Positions 1-10,812 are shown, numbered from the whole stretch's first letter. The stretch: 63,981 bases of DNA, filler included, from Reticulomyxa filosa (GCA_000512085.1; 23 parts of 23 records of this genome joined end to end with filler, not necessarily neighbours in it), one strand, 5' to 3'. Notes: a model not told the origin generated them from the letters alone. Made by a program: numbers and translations.

Positions 1-144
1 AAAACCAAAATGATATTTAAAAACTACACGATTTGTAGATATTTTTTTAAAAAATTTTTGATCAAATATTGTTTTTTTATGGAGAAACACAATCATCTCT
101 ATAAGGTGGCATTTTAGGTGTCAACTTTCTTTTTTATCTTACTG
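1..144 (+). mobile_element. Right terminal inverted repeat of a Tc1/mariner-family element
   Basis: ATCTCTATAAGGTGGCATTTTAGGTGTCAACT...TACTG followed by TA (145-146). Similar to the end of the Tc1 relic at 3400-3497 and to 35653-35702. The reverse complement begins TA|CAGT, typical of Tc1/mariner ends. Confidence 0.75.
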
Positions 145-628
145 TAGATATTAATCGTTTGTTTACTATGGATTTGCTTTAGTATAACTTGAGTACTTTT
201 ATTTTAATAGAACTTGAGCAATGAAATTCGACAAAATGTTTTTCTTCTTAAATCATCTGAGACGATCTCAAAAGAAAAAATAAAAGAAATGAAAATGACA
301 AACAAAGACAACTTTAACTCAACTAGTATTAGTAAACTTGCTGTCGATTATGCTGTTTTATTTCGATAACAATTAACATACTCAGAAAGATAATTGTAAT
401 ATGTCTTACATTTTTAAGATTGAAAAAGACATAAAGTAGAAGCAATGATAATTTTAGTTGTGATTGTACTCTGTGTTATGGTTAAAAAAATGATCTTTAT
501 TTGGGAATAGTCCCTTTTTTTAGATTTCATCACAAATCAACTTTGAGCTTTTTAAGAAAAAAGATAATACATATCTCTTTAAATTGAAAAAGAACTAAAT
601 AATACATTTTCAATTTCCTTTTTTATTA

Positions 629-1799
629 TCACATCCAAATTTGAATCGCATATCCAGATCCTGAAACAATTGTACTACCATCTGCTGAAATATCTACACA
701 TCTCATTGCATCGAAATGTAGTTCCAAGTTTTGTATTTCTTTTCCTGATTTTACATCCCATAAACGGATTGTTTTATCATGTGAGCATGACACTATCGTT
801 TGACCGTCTGGAAAATATTTCACTTCATTTACATTATCTAAATGCCCTTCGAATTTTTTAATTTCTTTTCCTAATTTTACATCTAATATACGTATAGTTT
901 TATCACAAGGACAAGATACAACATATTGACCATCTGGGGAAAATCTTGTATTTGTTATCGAGTCTATATATTCTTTTAATAATTGTGATCTTTCACCAGT
1001 TTTTACATCCCATAGAACAATTGTTTTGTCAGCAGATGATGACACAATCATTTGACCATCAGGTGAAAAATGTACACCTAATATACTATCTAAATGACCA
1101 ATCATTTTTTTAAGTTCTTTTCCAGAGTTTGTATCCCATATTCGAATGGTTTCATCAGATGAACCTGATACAATAAATTTACCATCAATTGAAAAATTTA
1201 CATCCCATATCCAACCTAAATGTCCTATTAATTTTTTTAATTCTTTTCCTGATGTTATATCCCACAAACGAATTGTATTATCATCTGAGCATGAAACAAC
1301 AATTTTTCCATCAGGTGAAAAATCTGCAAGATTCACCCAATCAGAATGTCCTTTTAAAATTTGTGTTTGTTCTCCTGATATAATATCCCATATTCGAATA
1401 GTGTGATCATTTGATGATGAAACAATGGTACGACCATTTACTGAAAATCTTACACTATTTATTTCTCTGTCATGCCCTTTTAAAACTTTCAGCAATCGAA
1501 AATACTTGGCCTTATATTAAATACAGATAAAATTTTTATTATGTAAAAAAAAGAAAAGCAAAAAGTAACCACTTAACATATTTGATAACAAATTTGTCAA
1601 AATCATTAATCCATCCCAATCCCACTTCTAAAATTCGAAGCCAATTTTGGATAATTATCTTTATCTCTTTTTCTGACTATTCGTTTTGTTTGGTAGTTCA
1701 GTCCAGATAATGAAATCCGTTTGTGCGTTAAGTGAAGAATTGGATAAATCTTACCGAGAATGATGTCAGAGCTTTGTTTTCAATGTTAATAGTATCCAT
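629..1799 (-). CDS. WD40-repeat beta-propeller protein (about 7 blades) with N-terminal 'WIR/LGWI.DFDK' module; exons 1799-1755, 1676-1578, 1510-629
   Basis: Repeated GH...V.FSPDG..IVS.S.D.TIR.WD units. Exons of 45 and 99 nt flanked by GT..AG phase-0 introns join in frame to the 629..1495 ORF (MDTINIENKALTSFS/SEKEIKIIIQNWLRILEVGLGWINDFDKFVIKY/AKYFRLLKVLKGH). Confidence 0.92.
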
Positions 1800-1992
1800 T
1801 CTACAACAATCAATTTAGAATGATTTACAAACAAACTCTTGTGTCTCCTTTTTTTTTGTGGACAAAACTAGATCTATCAAAACTAATAGTTAATGATAGT
1901 TTGGATATAAATGCAGAGAATATAATAAATATAATTGATATTATATTAAAAAAAATTGAAGCTTCTTATCTCAAGCAAAACGAGTTGAGAGA

Positions 1993-2403
1993 ATGACCTC
2001 TCCAGAGATACCAGCGCAACTACCATCAGTAAACTTCATTTTGACTTATTGTCCTTTGGCAATAATTGTATGTAATTTGTGATTGAACCAGTCAAAAGAA
2101 GAAGAGATTTCATTAATTGTTCAACATTGGATTCGAATATTAAACATAAAATTAGGATTGATCCATGACTTTGATCAAATTACTATCAAATATACTATGT
2201 TCTTTTTTTTTAAATGTGAAACAAAAAAACTCAAATGTTCATCTTTAATCACAGGCTATTAATATCTTTGTTTTTGATATCTTCAGTTCGTCTTCTAAAT
2301 TACTTAACATATTCACTGGACACACAAGCCGTGTAAATAGTATTGGCTACTCAATATTAGATAGCAAACAATTATTTTGTTATGTGTCAGATGATAATAA
2401 GGC
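1993..2403 (+). pseudogene. 5' fragment of a WD40 paralogue, truncated where the Tc1 relic begins
   Basis: ATG exon 1993-2028; exon 2092-2193 SKEEEISLIVQHWIRILNIKLGLIHDFDQITIKY whose donor reads AC instead of GT; third exon ...SSSKLLNIFTGHTSRVNSIGYS...SDDNK ends after one WD repeat. Confidence 0.8.
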
Positions 2404-3497
2404 TCAAGCTATCGTAAAGTGGTCAAAAATTCAAAGTTAGTATGATTATGTAGAAATAGTTTTTAACTTTTAAAAAAGACATAATTATTATGAAGAAACA
2501 ACGCAATGGACGCACACAAAAGATACCTTTGATATTACATTGTATTATTGTCGGGTGGATGGTAACTGGTAAACATTTTACAGCAATATATGTTATAAGA
2601 ATGTAAAGAAGAAATTTTGCTAATGCTTCGCGTCCAAGAATTGCAAACATGTTAAAGCAAAATCAGCTAAGTGCTAGTACAAAGCAGAAGAAACTATTAT
2701 TGACAATAAAACAGAAAAAAGCAAGATATACATTTGCATTGAAGTACCAAAGTTGGACGTTTGAAGACTGGAAAAAGGTTTTATTTTCAGATGAAAGTAT
2801 GATTAATTAAATTAAAGTGATATTATAATATATTTATGGAAAACACTAAGAACTATTAGATGAAAATTCAATAATAAGAAGATCAAAATTTGGCTGTTGA
2901 ATCATGTTAATCTGGTCATGCTTTGGAGAATTATAAACAGCATACGCTTGCAAGGTGGAAGGTGGAGTAAATTCATATATATAAAAAAATTTTATCTGAT
3001 GAAATGATAAAAAGTGTCAATTGCTGCTTAGAAAACAAAGATGATTGGATTTTTCAGCAAGATAATGCAACATGCCATAAATCGGAAAAAATATCAAATG
3101 GTTAAAACAAAAAAAAAATACAATATATTTTTATCTAAATTCGCCTGACTTAAATCCAATCGAAAATCTTTGTGGATAGTAAAGATAAGAATTCACAAAA
3201 AAGAACCATTTAATACCAGAGAAGAACTTTGGAACCAATTCGAACTAGAATGTGAAAAAGTATAAAAAGACTTATGTCAATGTCAAAGGAATATAAGTAC
3301 TTAAAAAAGCCAAAGGAAATTTAACACATTGGTAAACTTGAATTAAATTAAATATCAAACAAAAAAACTAAATCTTATAATACTCATGCACTATTCGTGA
3401 TATTTTTAAAAAATTTGATTAAATATTGTTTTTTCATGGAGAACCACAATTATCTCTATAATGTGGCGTTTTAGGTGTCAACTCTCTTTTTATACTG
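2404..3497 (+). mobile_element. Degenerate Tc1-like (DD34E-type) DNA transposon with right TIR
   Basis: Translations across stops and frameshifts: KARYTFALKYQSWTFEDWKKVLFSDES (D at 2790), WIFQQDNATCH (D at 3061), NSPDLNPIENL (E at 3162), EELWNQFELE. TIR ends TATACTG at 3497, followed by TA. No left TIR seen. Confidence 0.9.
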
Positions 3498-4500
3498 TAT
3501 ATATTGTGATATAGTGTAAACGGTCATATAAGACGACAACACTGAAAATAATAACATGAATTTATTTATGGAGTATTGATAAAAATCAAATTGATGCAAG
3601 ATGAAGAATTGGGTACTGCCCACAATTCGATGCAATCTTTGATCTGTCAACGGCGTATAAACACTTGAGAATAAAAATAAGCCCCCAAAAAAATGAAGGC
3701 ACTCCAATCGTACATTCTTCATTCAAAGTGTATGTACAACAATGAAAAGACAAAAACTTTCATTACTTTCTTTTTCGTTTGCTATTGCAAATACAATTAT
3801 AATTGCTCTTATTGTTTTTTCTTTGAGATGATATTTTTAATAATCATTCCTTATTTTAAAAAAAAGCTAAATTATTTCATGTGTAGTCGAAACACAACAA
3901 AAAATTTCTGAAAGGCAAGCAAATAAAAAATGAAAGTATACGTTGAAATTCTTTGATTTTAGTAAAATCAAATGACTTCGAATTTGAAAAATAAGAAAAA
4001 ATTTTAATTACCAAAGCAAACCAGAGAAATTATGGGTCAATCATAGATCAAGAGAGGTATTGATTGAATTCACTCATTTTTGTGTCCAGTGAATGATAAA
4101 TTTAGGCGTAATGTAGTAGCAATGGATAAGCTTCATTTGTATGACATGTGCTATTTATTGATAAACAGAACACTTCCAACTCTTCCTTTAGATGGATATA
4201 TCCTTTTCGAACATACTTTAGCAATAGACAATTTAAAGTTTTTACTAGGATGACAAATCATTTCTTGTATATCTGTCTTTGTAGGCAATCGTTAAATACT
4301 CATCGAATTCACTGAGATGCTTCTTTTTTTTTTTCACTTTGATATATAACGCTGCCTTTTTGATATTTGAATTGTACAAATTTTATTTGATTCAAGCATC
4401 TGACACTTTTATACGCTTACGTTACATCAACAAATTAACTTAGAAGTTCTTCGTCCCGTTTCGAAAAGAATTTTTTTTTACCTTTTTTGATCTATCTCAA

Positions 4501-4969
4501 ATGGAACAACTCCAACAATCATTTAGGACAATTGAAAAAGAGATTATCTCAAGGATATTGAATTTGTGTAAGGGTAACTTGGAGGAAACAAATATTATCC
4601 TGTGTTCCATTGTAGAGAACCAGTTAAACGTATTTCAACAAACTTGTCTGAATACCATTTTTTATAATAATACATCTAAATTATAGTACAACTTCCCAAC
4701 AACAGCAGCATTTAATGATTTTATTAGAGCATTTTGGTAATAAAATTGACAAAACAACTATTTTGAAGACATGGGGAAATTACAATCAAATTTTTATTGA
4801 TACACTCGAGAAATTAAAACAGATTTGTTCAACTTCCAGATTGAATGAGTTAAATGTAAATAAAATATCAAACAAACGTGTGTAAAAAAAATTTGTAAAA
4901 ACGATAGATTGAAAGAAGAAAATGGATTTAAAATATGCAGAGAAATGTGTTTGCATATTTTGTGGAATA
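4501..4969 (+). CDS. Partial multi-exon hypothetical protein (UBA/CUE-like helical start, then start of a PUB-like domain); cut by contig end
   Basis: Segments MEQLQQSFRTIEKEIISRILNLCKGNLEET..., QQQQHLMILLEHFGNKIDKTTILKTWGNYNQIFIDTLEKLKQIC and LKEENGFKICREMCLHILWN. Paralogous to 6200-6640. Domain labels are by eye. Confidence 0.6.
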
Positions 4970-5069
4970 NNNNNNNNNNNNNNNNNNNNNNNNNNNNNNN
5001 NNNNNNNNNNNNNTTAATTAATTAANNNNNNNNNNNNNNNNNNNNNNNNNNNNNNNNNNNNNNNNNNNN
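4970..5069. other. Artificial contig-joining spacer (44 N + TTAATTAATTAA + 44 N); first of 22 identical copies
   Basis: Identical 100-bp block with stops in all six frames, starting at 4970, 8414, 11291, 18232, 23562, 29258, 30506, 34294, 35553, 38086, 39662, 41473, 43378, 45674, 46860, 48284, 49673, 55232, 56689, 59199, 61203 and 62760. ORFs containing X-runs or ending 'LIN' run into it. Confidence 0.99.
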
Positions 5070-5149
5070 ACAGAGGCTTGAAAAGACATACTTGTTCAAA
5101 GTCAGATGACTGCTGCAAAAAAAACAACTCCAAAAATTCTTCCTTTTTT

Positions 5150-5941
5150 TTCCACTTGTCCCTTTTCTTTTTAAAAATTTGGACACGTCTAGTTCCATAC
5201 ATTTGACTTACATCAAACGCATCAAAGAAGACCAAAAAATTTTAAAGTGGCTATGATTTTACATTCTTATTTGAAAATTGAAAGTGTTGATTATAAAAAC
5301 AAAGTATACTTTGTAATTCATCCAATTCATTCATTAAAAAAAACACAAATTTTAATTGTCAACAATTTCTATTGTCTTTTTTCTAAGGTGGTAACTGAAA
5401 CAAAAAAACCGCGTGCTTCGGCTTTGGTTGTCAAAAAATGTGGAAGAGATGCTTCACCATCCAGCGAATTGGAAGGAAGCAGTTGAAGATGGTGATTTTA
5501 ATATCAAAAGTGACATGTATGATGTGGATAAAAATTGTGTCAAGAAAACTTTCAAAAAAATCCGGGCTATCTTTCAAAAGCTATCACTGTCATTTTCAAA
5601 CTAACTATACTTACTCATGCATACAAACTCAAATTTAGTTTTATGTTTTCCTATCAATCTCTTGAAAGGGGCACTAGGATACCAAAAAATTGGTACACGA
5701 GTCTTGCTCCCTTTTTTTCGGACCAGCTAACATAATCTTGCAATTCTGTCTTCAAATTTATCAACATTTTAGTTATCTATAGAAGAAGCTCGATTTTTTG
5801 AGTTTTTTGCTGAAAATAAACTTGTTTAAATTATTTTTTAAAAAATTATTGCAAAAAAAAAAATTTGCAAAAAACCCACAAAAAACCATACTTCAATACA
5901 AAACCAAAAATCTTTCAGTAATGCAAAATATTTGCACACTG
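5150..5941 (+). mobile_element. Heavily decayed Tc1/mariner-like transposase remnant
   Basis: WLSKNVEEMLHHPAN resembles the W....L.WP(A)xSPDL segment that precedes the catalytic E. Possible TIR end ...GCACACTG near 5941. Most motifs are lost. Confidence 0.35.
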
Positions 5942-6199
5942 CACAAAAAAAAAAAAAATTAAACTTCTTCAAGCAATAGACCCAAACACAACTTGCACAA
6001 TGTCTGGAACAGGAAAGGTGGGGGAACTCGATTTCGCCATCGCAAGGATCTGTTATTGTTCGTTTGATCGCTTGTGTACCTCCACATCACTGTTAAAGGA
6101 GCGTCTTCTTTGTTGGAGTTATACGTTTTGGGCGTTGCAACAACTTCGTCCTTGGAGTTGAGTTTTTGTCTTGTGGAAACGACATCGCCACTTGTTGAG

Positions 6200-6640
6200 G
6201 TATATCCTTTTTCAAATCCAATTAGTTTTAAATGATATTCGATTTGGCTGAAAAATGAATGAAGGACATTCTAATTTGAACATTTTCGCTTGAGATTGTT
6301 ATGCAATTGTTGTTTGTTGATTTGACGATATTCGATGCTGTTTGGATCATTTAACAAACAAACTTTTCTCAGTATTTTCATTTCACTTGCTTCTTTTTCT
6401 TTCATTCTATTTTCACACCATAAACATTGAATAATATTCATACAAAATATATTGTTGTTTTCAAAACTCATTCATGTCCCTTGTGTTACAAATATCTTGC
6501 AATTTCCATAATGTATCCAAAAAAATTTGATTGGATTTGATCCATGTTTCAAAAATGACTGTTTTGCCAATTCGATTTCCAAATAATTCCAGTAACTTGA
6601 TCAAAGGTGATTGTTGTTGGGAAGATTGTTCTGTTTGAAT
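6200..6640 (-). pseudogene. Pseudogene of the 4501-4969 family with a PUB-like domain
   Basis: QQQSPLIKLLELFGNRIGKTVIFETWIKSNQIFLDTLWKLQDIC aligns with 4690-4830. The next exon KILRKVCLLNDPNSIEYRQINKQQLHNNLKRKCSN*...HLKLIGFEKG has an in-frame TAG (6271-6273) and lacks the HILWN segment. Confidence 0.7.
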
Positions 6641-6679
6641 GCAGACAATTCAAATATTGAATATATTTGGGTGTTGGGT

Positions 6680-6950
6680 GATGAAACGGAGTACAGTGAA
6701 AGTTTCATCACAATAAGCCGAATTAAACAAAAACTTTGTATTCGATGCAATGAGAATTTTCCAAAAACGAAAAATGGAAGTCTACTGAAAATCGATGCAA
6801 GAAATGAAATGAAATTAGTTCGTTTGATTAAATCAAGAAAATATTCCACAGCAATTGATGTTAAGATATCATTGCAAGAAGAAGACTGAAGCATATTGAG
6901 ATAAGGATAGCGCTGAAGATGAAGGCTTTCATTGATCATCTGCAACATAA
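6680..6950 (+). mobile_element. Tc1-like transposase N-terminal (HTH) fragment
   Basis: SESFITISRIKQK...PKTKNGSLLKIDARNEMKLVRLIKSRKYSTAIDVKISLQ matches the Tc1 paired-like HTH / GRPRK-linker pattern and is followed by stops. Confidence 0.6.
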
Positions 6951-7015
6951 AAAATTATGTAACCTATTTACATTTTCAAGAGGGAATTAGAAAACTCTCA
7001 ATGAACTTAAAACTA

Positions 7016-7760
7016 CAGTAGGTTGCAAAGAAAACTGAACGCCTAAAACGAGAATTCTTTTCTGTTTAGAAGAACACTGAATATTATTTAAAAATTTGAA
7101 ATATTGTTGATGTCATTGAATCTTTTGAAGAATGGAGTGATAGATATAAAAAAAGCAAACAAACAGTAAATCATTTTAGACGGTGCATCAATCAAAACAC
7201 AATAAGATAAGGGAATATGATCATGGATTAATTGTGGCTACAAGAAAAGCATTATAGATTGACTATACGAAATAAAAGTGTTTGCTTGCATCAAATATAT
7301 TGGAAAACATCATGTGACAAAATAAAAGGTTTTTTTTATTCCAAAACCATAAAATAAGCAAATTATGAATTGCGTAAAACATCAAGTTAACTCTCAAAAA
7401 TCTGGTGTACTTTGTCTAAAGAAAATGTGTAATCTGTTGATCGTTTGTACAAAGACATTGACTGTTTAAAATAATTCCAATATCTTGATTATTACGATTG
7501 GTTTTAGATAGAACGGATTGAATAAGAAATCAATTTGGAATCTCGTTTCTTATATTCTCATTAGACAATTTTGTCAACACAAGACATATCAAACCGCATT
7601 GCATGCACAGCATCAAAATAATCAAAACAAGAAAATGTTAAAGTGATAACAGGGTGTATTACAATTGCGACAAAAAAAAATTTAGCTAAAAACTAGCCGA
7701 CCAAAATTTTGTTTTTGAGATAATACAGTAGTTTGCAAAAAAATCGTACACCAAAAAAAA
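7016..7760 (+). mobile_element. Cluster of Tc1/mariner-type left termini with decayed internal sequence
   Basis: TA|CAGTAGGTTGCAAAGAAAACTG at 7016 and TA|CAGTAGTTTGCAAAAAAATC at 7726 resemble the termini at 36700 and 37638. CAGGGTG near 7649 is another possible terminus. Confidence 0.5.
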
Positions 7761-7860
7761 AAGGGATTTTTTAGTATTTGACTTGTATATCTTTATTGAA
7801 AAGAGCTAACGTAAAAATAATTTTGTAGATGCATAGAACAAATCACAGTCTTCTTTCATA

Positions 7861-8111
7861 TATGCTGTACTATCTTATCGCTTTATTTTCCTTTTTCCTC
7901 AGAGGTTTGAAAAATGTAATGTTTAAAAAAACTATCTTACCAAATTAATTATGCTGACTAATATTAAAGTAACTAAAAAAATTCTTTACAGTTTGATAGA
8001 GATGTAATAATAAAAATTTTGTTAAAAAAAAAGGCATACTGTAAAAGCCACCTAAAAAAATTGAATGTATAACCTTTCAAATAAATACAAGAGATAAGAT
8101 AGTACAGCATA
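7861..8111. mobile_element. MITE-like element of about 250 bp
   Basis: Perfect 19-bp inverted repeat TATGCTGTACTATCTTATC (7861-7879) / GATAAGATAGTACAGCATA (8093-8111). The outer TA may be the target-site duplication. AT-rich non-coding interior. Confidence 0.7.
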
Positions 8112-8514
8112 GAAAAAAGATAGTCATTAAAGACAAAATTTGATACACTTTCAAAGTTTGATAGACAACAAAAAAAGCAATAAATGCATTTTAATGTCTT
8201 TTGGCAATACGATAATAATGATAAAATATGTTAGCGGCAACAAAAAAATAAAACTAAACATAACATAATGAACTCCTTTCATATGCAATCACAATTATCA
8301 TACAAATAAAAAAAAATCTATTTAAGTTCACTACCATTCGATTATAATGATATTGCAATTCGTTATAATGGAAGGGAAAAGCGAAAAAGAAAAAGTAAAA
8401 TAAGGCGGCGCCTNNNNNNNNNNNNNNNNNNNNNNNNNNNNNNNNNNNNNNNNNNNNTTAATTAATTAANNNNNNNNNNNNNNNNNNNNNNNNNNNNNNN
8501 NNNNNNNNNNNNNG

Positions 8515-9105
8515 GTATGTATTTTGCATTTTCATCCTTCTATGAGACGATCACCTACAATATTTAGTTGTGATGTATCATGGATATCTCCACGCGAACA
8601 TGAGCGTGAAATTTTGTTTGCAAGATCTTACATACATTATATTAATGATGATCAAAAAAATAACGAAATTGCTGCGTGGAATGCGAAAATAGAGAGTGAA
8701 GACGAACATACACAAACGATATTATTGACATGGGCAAGATACGATGAGTATATACAACAAACTCTACAAATAAGTGCAATGTGGAAGAATCCTATTGATC
8801 TAAATCTCGCTTTTGTGCTTTTATTTGAAATTTACACCGATATAGACACAGTAAATATATTGCTGGGTGGGTTTCATATTTGGAAAAAAAAAAGGAACAA
8901 TGAACAAAGATACAATGAAAAAAAGAAACAATTTATGGCTCATCGTTGTTGCAACCATAATATCAATTTATTTTCAATTTTTCTTTTTGAAAATAAAATT
9001 ATAAAAGCGACTGCTGTTGAATTTGCAACAATACATACTATTAACAGTGGATTACCGTTTGTTGCAAATGACAAAGAGATTAAAAAGAATAAAATTACTG
9101 CTTAA
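8515..9105 (+). CDS. C-terminal part of a protein with a putative mono-ADP-ribosyltransferase (R-S-E clade) catalytic end
   Basis: Open frame from the contig edge to TAA 9105. CDVSWISPREHEREILF matches the ARTC [D]IS..S....ExE(V/I)L motif (E 8602, E 8608). The upstream R and STS motifs are outside the contig. Confidence 0.55.
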   Translation, partial: VCILHFHPSMRRSPTIFSCDVSWISPREHEREILFARSYIHYINDDQKNNEIAAWNAKIESEDEHTQTILLTWARYDEYIQQTLQISAMWKNPIDLNLAFVLLFEIYTDIDTVNILLGGFHIWKKKRNNEQRYNEKKKQFMAHRCCNHNINLFSIFLFENKIIKATAVEFATIHTINSGLPFVANDKEIKKNKITA

Positions 9106-9479
9106 AGAATTGTATACTGTTTTGTTTTTTTTGTATTGCTCAAAGAATTTTATGCATTTAGAAAAATATATTGATTCTAATGGTTGCAAGTAATTGATTG
9201 CTGTATCTCTTTTGTTTGCTCTGTTGTCAAAACGTCTTTAAAAAGGTGTACTTAAAAACAAGTTAAAAAAAAACTATAAAAGTTCAAAGTTATCATCAAG
9301 ATTATTTGCTATTCTTTTGTTACAAACAAAGAAAAAAATGGATGCTGTAACGCTAAAATTAGGAATTTGGTTGCATTTCACAAAAATTTTTGTTTTGTCA
9401 CAAAGTAATACGCTGGACCGACAAACTAACCCAAAAAAAATGGCCAGAGAAAGATGTAAAAAGAATAATTCAAAATTGG

Positions 9480-10090
9480 TGTCGAAATCTTCACGTAAGA
9501 GTCGGACGGATCAACAATTTTGATACAATTATTTACAGAGTCTAACAGTGTATATTTATTATAGTATTATAATCTAAATTTTTAATCGGTTAAAAGTTTT
9601 AGAAGGACATTTCGTTAGAGTAAATAGTATAAAATTCCACTTGATGATTGTATGATTGTTTCGTCATCTGATGATAAGACAGTCCGAATATGGAATGTTG
9701 TATCAGATAAAGAAATTAAAACTTTTTAAGGACATTACTGCTTGGTTTATGGAATGTAAAAATAAGTAAAAAAGTGAAATAATTGATTGGACACTTCGAT
9801 GGCGTAGGATGTGCAAAGTTTTCTCCAAATGATAAATTCATTGTGCCAAGTTCATGAGATAAAACAATTTGAATATGGGATGTAGCATTGGGAAAATAAT
9901 TAAAAAGAATAGAAGGAAATGAAAGCGTAATGGATTATGTACAATATTTTCCAGATGGACAGACTATTTTGTCTTGTTTGTGGGATGCACAATCAGAACG
10001 ACAAATGCAGCCAGCACCCAGAACACAGCTACAGAATTACAAGAGGTGATATTTCACCAACTGGAAATACAATTGCATTAAGTTATCCAT
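9480..10090 (+). pseudogene. Decayed WD40-repeat pseudogene
   Basis: KVLEGHFVRVNSIKF...IVSSSDDKTVRIWNVVSDKEIKTF*GH, LIGHFDGVGCAKFSPNDK, S*DKTI*IWDV, VQYFPDGQTI and DISPTGNTIA, with multiple stops and frameshifts. Closest to the 629 gene. Confidence 0.85.
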
Positions 10091-10812
10091 TTAGTGGTAT
10101 TCCAAGTTTGGAGTTAACAACCTTAAAAATCAAATTTCAATCTAGAAAATGGAAGCTGATTATTTTGTTTATATATCATCTTAAATTAATTTTCAAGTGT
10201 TGTAAAACATTGTTTTTTTCCGAAATGATATCCTTTCAAATAAATTGAACCTTTTTTGATTGAGAGGAAAAAATTTCTGGATTTTCTTTTCTTTTTGGGT
10301 TTCTGAAAGCAACAGAATAATGTGCACATGACACAATTAAAATGTTTGTTTTTATAACGAACTTTTTCTCAACATAACAAAAAGATAATTTTAGGAAGTA
10401 AGAAAAAATTTTTAAATTTCGTGCATAAATTTTTTCCCCTTTTCGAACTTTTTTGCATATTGTTAATCTATTCGCAAATAAGAGTGGCGTTATTTGACAA
10501 GTTTTATTTTGTGTTATTCACAATATATAGATTCTTCATGCACCAAGTTGCATAGCGAGGTTTAACAAAAGAAAGTTTTTTTTACCTCGTGAAAACTCAT
10601 TCAAATATGATATTTTTCCCTCTCCCCACTTTTCAAAAATTCTTTATAGAATCATTTTCGAAAGATACGCGATTTCAATACGACACAGGAAGCAAATGAA
10701 ACAATTTGAGGTTAATTTTTAAGTTTATATTTTCTTTTTTTTTGGAGTAAAAAGAAAAGATGCCTTCCAATCCCTTTTTTTTAACGTACAAAAAAAAAAG
10801 ATAACTATCAGC

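Noticed and set aside
670-1406. Plus-strand ORFs 670-861, 1146-1406 and 1189-1383
   Set aside because: Antisense shadows of the WD40 gene.
2423-2650. 75-aa hydrophobic minus-strand ORF
   Set aside because: Antisense to the decayed Tc1 transposase; hydrophobicity reflects AT-richness.
5014-5025. Regularly recurring TTAATTAATTAA palindrome as a CRISPR-like or regulatory repeat
   Set aside because: Always centred in 88 N; it is an assembly spacer.
6601-6948. 115-aa minus-strand ORF as a gene
   Set aside because: It spans the antisense of a Tc1 HTH fragment and an off-frame part of the PUB-like pseudogene.
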